NCBI GenBank assembly: GCA_964640345.1 | Contig: CAZXFU010000027.1 | Coordinates: forward strand, 1 to 10,191 | DNA length: 10,191 nt | Source: an uncultured Eubacteriales bacterium | GTDB lineage: Bacteria; Bacillota; Clostridia; TANB77; RGIG9151 | Direction: 5' to 3' | Translations under genes and position numbers: made by a program | Part shown: one piece after another, positions 6,024 through 10,191 of the stretch | Numbering within the stretch: the stretch's first letter is position 1 | Layout: each line of letters begins with the position of its first letter | The notes under the pieces: generated by a model | Told to the model about the DNA's origin: nothing | The model's input: the letters and a program-made list of their open reading frames with translations, nothing else | The model's database searches: none

Positions 6024-7013
6024 ATGAATATTCGTGAACAACAAGAGGAAATGGAAAAGCGGGATTTGTCTGAGTTTGCGACTCTTAGTGTAAATTCAAA
6101 AGGAAGACGTGTTGAAGAGCCTAAATGTTCTATTAGGACAGATTTTCAGCGTGATAAGGATAGAATAATATATAGTAAGGCTTTTAGAAGACTCAAACAT
6201 AAGACACAGGTTTTTATAGCACCCGAAGGCGATCATTACAGGACCCGTCTTACTCATACACTGGAAGTATCTCAAATTGCCAGGACTGTTGCAAGAGCTC
6301 TAAGGCTAAATGAGGATTTGGCTGAGGCTATTGCTTTAGGGCATGATCTTGGTCATACGCCTTTTGGGCATATCGGAGAAAGGATATTAAATGAGGTATA
6401 TTCGGAAGGCTTTAAGCATAACGAACAGAGTTTAAGAGTTGTTGATGTTTTAGAGGATTTAAACCTTACCCGAGAGACAAGAGACGGGATTGTTAATCAC
6501 AGCGGTGCGAATATGGCAAGTACATTAGAAGGACAAATTGTTAAATTTGCGGACAGAATTGCGTATGTTAATCATGATATTGATGATGCTAAGCGTGCCG
6601 GGCTTATTGACGATTATGATTTGCCTGAAGAGTGTGTTAATATTTTGGGCACTACATCGTCTTCTAGGATAGATACGATGGTTAATGATATCGTTAAGGC
6701 ATCTTGCGGTAAAAATATTATTTCTATGTCGGAAGATATTTATAAGGCGATGTGGGATTTAAGACAATTTATGTTTGATAGGGTCTATCTTGCAAGTCGT
6801 GCAAAGACTGAAGAGATAAAAGCGGGTTCCATTATAAAATGGTTGTATTATTATTTTATGGAGAATACATTAGAACTTCCGGAAGAGTTTAAAAGTATGT
6901 TGTTAAAGACAGGAAATGAGCGTGTTATTTGTGATTATATTGCGGGAATGACAGATAGGTATGCAATAAATAAATTTAAGGAATTGTTTATTCCGGAGAC
7001 GTTAAATTCATAG
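6024..7013 (+). CDS. dgt: dGTPase-like HD-domain deoxynucleoside triphosphate triphosphohydrolase
   Basis: Motifs are FQRDKDRIIYSKAFRRLKHKTQVF, DHYRTRLTHTLEVSQIAR, GHDLGHTPFGH, KFADRIAYVNHDIDDA and DYIAGMTDRYA. I prefer ATG 6024, with SD GAGGGGAG at 6011-6018, over the TTG 5991 of the ORF track, which would lie inside the terminator T-tract. Confidence 0.9.
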   Translation: MNIREQQEEMEKRDLSEFATLSVNSKGRRVEEPKCSIRTDFQRDKDRIIYSKAFRRLKHKTQVFIAPEGDHYRTRLTHTLEVSQIARTVARALRLNEDLAEAIALGHDLGHTPFGHIGERILNEVYSEGFKHNEQSLRVVDVLEDLNLTRETRDGIVNHSGANMASTLEGQIVKFADRIAYVNHDIDDAKRAGLIDDYDLPEECVNILGTTSSSRIDTMVNDIVKASCGKNIISMSEDIYKAMWDLRQFMFDRVYLASRAKTEEIKAGSIIKWLYYYFMENTLELPEEFKSMLLKTGNERVICDYIAGMTDRYAINKFKELFIPETLNS

Positions 7014-7029
7014 AGATTGGAGCATGATT

Positions 7030-7698
7030 ATGAGAATGTTAGTGGCGGTTTGTGGACTGCTTGTTGGTTATGTTTTAAATAACTACATTTTGACAGTCAA
7101 TGAAGATGAGAAAGGCGAAATATTTAAGTGTAACTTTGATAAAAATAAGACCTTAATTATTTTGATTTGGAATTCGTTAATTCCGCTTTTCTTGTTTAGC
7201 TTATATAACGAGAGGTTTTGTGTTGATTTTTTTAGAGATGTGACGTTAAATGCCTTATGTTCTGCGGTATTTTTTATAGATTTTAGACTACACATAATAC
7301 CGAATTGCCTTAATTTGATTGCTTTTGTTTTTGGATGTATATATCTTTTTATTGATAGGCAAGGTGCCAAAGATTATATTATTGGCGGAGCCGGTGCATT
7401 TGTTTTTTTTATGCTTATAATTATTTTTTCAAAGTTATTATTAAAAAAAGACGGAATGGGTTTGGGAGACGCAAAGTTTATGTGTGTTGTCGGTCTTATG
7501 AGTGGTACGGTTTATACTGTTTGTATAATATTTTTGTCTTTTATTTTTGGTTCGATTGGAGCGACTGTTGCACTTATATGTAAGAAAAAAGGAATGGGGC
7601 AAGAAATTGCTTTTGGACCGTATATCGTTATGGCTACTATGGTTATGATGTTTTTTGGAGCGGATTTATTAAACTGGTATTTGAATTTTCTTAGTTAG
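7030..7698 (+). CDS. A24-family prepilin (type IV leader) peptidase-like membrane aspartyl protease
   Basis: It is a polytopic membrane protein with both A24 catalytic Asp contexts: FFIDFRLHIIPN, and GMGLGDAKFM followed by FGPY. The start is ambiguous between ATG 7024, 7030 and 7036. I chose 7030 because GGAG (7019-7022) is only 1 nt from 7024. Confidence 0.8.
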   Translation: MRMLVAVCGLLVGYVLNNYILTVNEDEKGEIFKCNFDKNKTLIILIWNSLIPLFLFSLYNERFCVDFFRDVTLNALCSAVFFIDFRLHIIPNCLNLIAFVFGCIYLFIDRQGAKDYIIGGAGAFVFFMLIIIFSKLLLKKDGMGLGDAKFMCVVGLMSGTVYTVCIIFLSFIFGSIGATVALICKKKGMGQEIAFGPYIVMATMVMMFFGADLLNWYLNFLS

Positions 7699-7719
7699 TT
7701 TTAGAAGGAGAGAGAAGGC

Positions 7720-8565
7720 ATGATTAAATTTGGACCTGGTGGTAATTCACTTTCTTTTTATGAGGAAGGTCATAAAAGCACGTTAGAAGCTCCAAAGTGG
7801 CTTTTTGAACGTGGACTTAATATATACGAATATGAATGCGGACAGGGTGTTAGAATTTCTTCAGATACGGCTAAAAAGTTTGGAGAAGAGGCTAGGAAAT
7901 ACGAAATTGAAATAAGTGTTCATGCACCTTACTTTATTTCGCTCGCTAGTGTTGATGAAGTAAAAAGAGATAATTCAATAAATTATATTTTGCAGACCTT
8001 AAAAGTTGCTCGTGAAATGGGCGGAAGAAAGATTGTTGTGCACCCCGGAAGTTGTAGCAAGCAAGATAGAGAAGAAGCTTTTTTACTTGCATGTGAAACA
8101 ATGAAAAAAGCCGTTAAGGCTGCGTATGATAATGGTTTTTCAGATATGGTTATTTGCCCGGAAACTATGGGAAAAATAAATCAGATTGGAACGGTTGATG
8201 AAATTATCAGAATGTGCAAGATTGACGATATACTTGTTCCGACTATTGATTTCGGGCATGTTAATGCAAGAGAAATGGGAAGTTTAAAGTGCGAGGCGGA
8301 TTATGAGGATATTATTAAAAAGATGATAGATGAGCTTGGTTTTGAGAAAGTTAGGAATTTTCATGTTCATTTTAGTAAAATTGAGTATACTAAAGGCGGA
8401 GAGAAAAGGCATCTTACTTTTAGTGATAATGTGTATGGTCCCGAATTTGAGCCTTTAGCAAGGGTTTTAAAGAAATATAATTTGGAACCGACTGTGATTT
8501 GTGAATCGGACGGTACTATGGCAGAAGATGCAATTACCATGAAAGAAATTTATGAAAGAATTTAG
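7720..8565 (+). CDS. Endonuclease-IV-family (AP endonuclease 2 / xylose-isomerase-like) TIM-barrel protein
   Basis: Aligned by eye to E. coli Nfo, it conserves the metal-ligand contexts: VHAPYFISL (H69), VVHPGS (H109), CPETMG (E145), IDFGHVNA (D179/H182), VHFS (H216), KRH (H231) and ICES (E261). SD GAAGGAGAG precedes ATG 7720. AP-endonuclease activity itself is not established. Confidence 0.6.
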   Translation: MIKFGPGGNSLSFYEEGHKSTLEAPKWLFERGLNIYEYECGQGVRISSDTAKKFGEEARKYEIEISVHAPYFISLASVDEVKRDNSINYILQTLKVAREMGGRKIVVHPGSCSKQDREEAFLLACETMKKAVKAAYDNGFSDMVICPETMGKINQIGTVDEIIRMCKIDDILVPTIDFGHVNAREMGSLKCEADYEDIIKKMIDELGFEKVRNFHVHFSKIEYTKGGEKRHLTFSDNVYGPEFEPLARVLKKYNLEPTVICESDGTMAEDAITMKEIYERI

Positions 8566-8579
8566 AGGAGAGAATTAGT

Positions 8580-9596
8580 ATGAGAATAGATAACGTTAAA
8601 GCTTTTTTAAACGAGCAAGATATAGACTCAATGGTTGTTTCAAATATAAAGAATGTAAGATATATTTCCGGTTTTACCGGCGAAGAAGGAATGGCTGTGA
8701 TTACAGATAAGTCTGCATATTTGATTGTTGACGGAAGATTTACTGAGCAGGCAAAGAGTGAAAGCAAGATAGATATTGTTGATTATGGCGGGAATTTTGT
8801 TAGAACTATAGGGGAAATTTTGAAGAATGATGGTTCTAAAAAATGTGCTTTTGAGGGTAATACTATGACGTATTCAGAGGCTGAGCATATGATGAATACG
8901 ATTAATTTTGTGATGTGGGTTGCTCAAAAGGATGTTTTTGAGAGAGTTAGAATGATAAAAGATATTGATGAGATCAAAACTATTAAGAAATCATTAAAAA
9001 TTGCACTTGATACGTTTGAGTATGTAAGACCTCAGATTGTTGCCGGAGTTACTGAAATTGATATTGCTAATGAAATAGAGTACAGAATGAAGAAAATGGG
9101 GGCAAGCGGACCGTCTTTTGATACGATAGTTGCATCCGGAAAGCGTTCGGCTTTGCCACATGGAGTTGCAAGTAAAAAGGTTATTGAAAATGGGGATGCT
9201 GTGGTTATTGATATGGGTGCGATATACGATGGATATTGTTCGGATATTACAAGGACTGTGTTTGTTGGAGAAATGAGTAAGGAACAAGAACGTGTTTATG
9301 ATTTGGTTAAAAAGGCTCAAAAATTTGCGATTGATGCAATAGAGGCGGGGGTAAGCTGCAAAGATGTTAATGAGGTGGCTGTAAACGAATTTAAAAAAAA
9401 TGCAATGGATAAGTATTTTGTTCATTCTTTGGGGCATGGTGTTGGACTCGATGTACATGAAAGACCGTTTTTAGCCGGCAGAAGCAGTGACGTATTTAAA
9501 CCCGGAATGGTTGTAACTGTTGAACCGGGATTATATTTACCAAATCAGTTTGGTGTTAGAATTGAAGATATGGTTATGGTGCCGCTTGAGGAATAG
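8580..9596 (+). CDS. M24-family Xaa-Pro aminopeptidase/dipeptidase (creatinase-N plus M24 pita-bread domains)
   Basis: An N-terminal creatinase-like domain (NVRYISGFTGEEG) is followed by the M24B metal-ligand contexts VVIDMGA.YDGYCSDITRT, HSLGHGVGLDVHE, VEPGLY and GVRIEDM. Confidence 0.85.
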   Translation: MRIDNVKAFLNEQDIDSMVVSNIKNVRYISGFTGEEGMAVITDKSAYLIVDGRFTEQAKSESKIDIVDYGGNFVRTIGEILKNDGSKKCAFEGNTMTYSEAEHMMNTINFVMWVAQKDVFERVRMIKDIDEIKTIKKSLKIALDTFEYVRPQIVAGVTEIDIANEIEYRMKKMGASGPSFDTIVASGKRSALPHGVASKKVIENGDAVVIDMGAIYDGYCSDITRTVFVGEMSKEQERVYDLVKKAQKFAIDAIEAGVSCKDVNEVAVNEFKKNAMDKYFVHSLGHGVGLDVHERPFLAGRSSDVFKPGMVVTVEPGLYLPNQFGVRIEDMVMVPLEE

Positions 9597-9602
9597 GGAT
9601 GT

Positions 9603-9630
9603 TTGCATTTAAGTATAATTGTGGTAGAAT
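9603..9630 (+). promoter_or_regulatory. Candidate sigma-A promoter for rimO (TTGCAT-N16-TGgTAGAAT, extended -10)
   Basis: TTGCAT lies at 9603-9608, TG at 9622-9623 and TAGAAT at 9625-9630. This places the element about 30 nt upstream of the rimO ATG. A perfect TATAAT at 9614-9619 also exists but has no acceptable -35. Confidence 0.45.
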
Positions 9631-9661
9631 AGTAGCATAAAATTGTGAAAGGAAAATAAAT

Positions 9662-10191
9662 ATGGTAAAGATAGCAGTTGTTTCACTTGGATGTAATAAA
9701 AACCTGGTTGATTCTGAAATGATTTTGGGATTACTTGTAAAGCGTGGTTATGAGATTGTAGCGACCGAGGAAGAGGCGGATTTTGTTATTATAAATACTT
9801 GTGCTTTTATTCATGACGCGAAGCAGGAATCTATAAATAAGATAATAGAAATTGGAAAGTTAAAGAATAAAGGATTGAAGGGATTGATTATTACAGGATG
9901 CCTTGCTACAAGATATAAGGATGAAATAAAGGACGTATTGCCTGAAGTTGACGTTATTGCGGATATAAATGATAATGATGCGATAATAGATTATATTGAT
10001 AAGCAGTCTAATGAAAAGGTAAATGATATAAGAAGTATTTCGTTTGGGGAGAGAGTGCGTTCTACGGCTCCTCATGTAGCTTATGTTAAAATTGCAGATG
10101 GTTGTGACAATCGTTGTACATATTGTGTTATACCGTATTTGCGTGGCGGATATAAGAGCAGGACTATTGAGGATATTTTAGAAGAGGTTAA
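9662..10191 (+). CDS. rimO: Ribosomal protein S12 methylthiotransferase RimO, N-terminal part (3' end lies outside the window)
   Basis: I translated this manually; it is absent from the ORF track because no stop falls in the window. MVKIAVVSLGCNKNLVDSEMILG...VIINTCAFI...IITGCL is the UPF0004/MTTase N-domain with three Cys. It is followed by AYVKIADGCDNRCTYCVIPYLRGGYKSR, the radical-SAM CxxxCxxC motif. The VSLGC.KN.VDSE start favours RimO over MiaB. Confidence 0.85.
   Translation, partial: MVKIAVVSLGCNKNLVDSEMILGLLVKRGYEIVATEEEADFVIINTCAFIHDAKQESINKIIEIGKLKNKGLKGLIITGCLATRYKDEIKDVLPEVDVIADINDNDAIIDYIDKQSNEKVNDIRSISFGERVRSTAPHVAYVKIADGCDNRCTYCVIPYLRGGYKSRTIEDILEEV

Noticed and set aside
6024-7013. 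The dGTPase-like gene as a dNTP-depletion anti-phage defence gene
   Set aside because: The protein is the compact (about 330 aa) dGTPase-like type commonly found as a housekeeping gene in low-GC Firmicutes. The neighbours are core genes (csrA, peptidases, rimO), and there are no integrase, transposase, tRNA-border or composition-shift hallmarks of a defence island. I kept it only as a low-probability note in the gene-string finding.
8994-9458. 154-aa minus-strand ORF antisense to the M24 peptidase gene
   Set aside because: It is embedded in a + strand CDS that carries all the M24 metal-ligand motifs. The translation is Ile/Asn/Phe-rich with no domain signature, so it is most likely a chance open frame in AT-rich DNA.
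9570-9596. The M24 Xaa-Pro peptidase ends only about 8 residues after the RIED motif (VMVPLEE*), slightly shorter than typical family members, so it could be a truncation or frameshift
   Set aside because: All metal ligands, including the final Glu, are present. None of the three frames downstream of the stop continues with a plausible M24 C-terminal strand. The rimO promoter follows directly. This is probably a natural short C-terminus.
1-10191. A scan for CRISPR repeats, IS or transposon ends, tRNA or rRNA, and long direct or inverted repeats
   Set aside because: I found none by eye. Intergenic regions are all under 90 nt and are accounted for by SDs, promoters and one weak terminator. A computational repeat and ncRNA scan (for example covariance-model search or self-dotplot) would be needed to exclude small elements.

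Overview
This is an AT-rich chromosomal segment that looks like a low-GC Firmicute (Clostridia-like), with strong GGAGG-type ribosome binding sites. All 14 supported genes lie on the + strand. The 5' half holds the middle of a fla/che-type early flagellar operon: the fliF 3' end, fliG, fliH, fliI, fliJ and a YlxF/MotE-like gene. An orphan 79-aa two-TM ORF follows, then the late-flagellar regulatory pair fliW-csrA behind a near-consensus sigma-D/sigma-28 promoter. The 3' half is a tightly packed, housekeeping-looking string: a dGTPase-like HD hydrolase, an A24 prepilin-peptidase-family membrane protease, an endonuclease-IV-family TIM barrel and an M24 Xaa-Pro peptidase. The 5' part of rimO follows behind its own extended -10 promoter. 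I saw no rRNA or tRNA, CRISPR array, transposase or integrase, or long repeat. I do not see a convincing new multi-gene system, and the window reads as mostly core genome. The best leads are the break in the flagellar operon with the orphan membrane ORF, the dual promoter and GGA-motif leader of fliW-csrA, and the orphan A24 peptidase inside a dGTPase / EndoIV-like gene string. All product calls rest on motif recognition by eye; no search was run.
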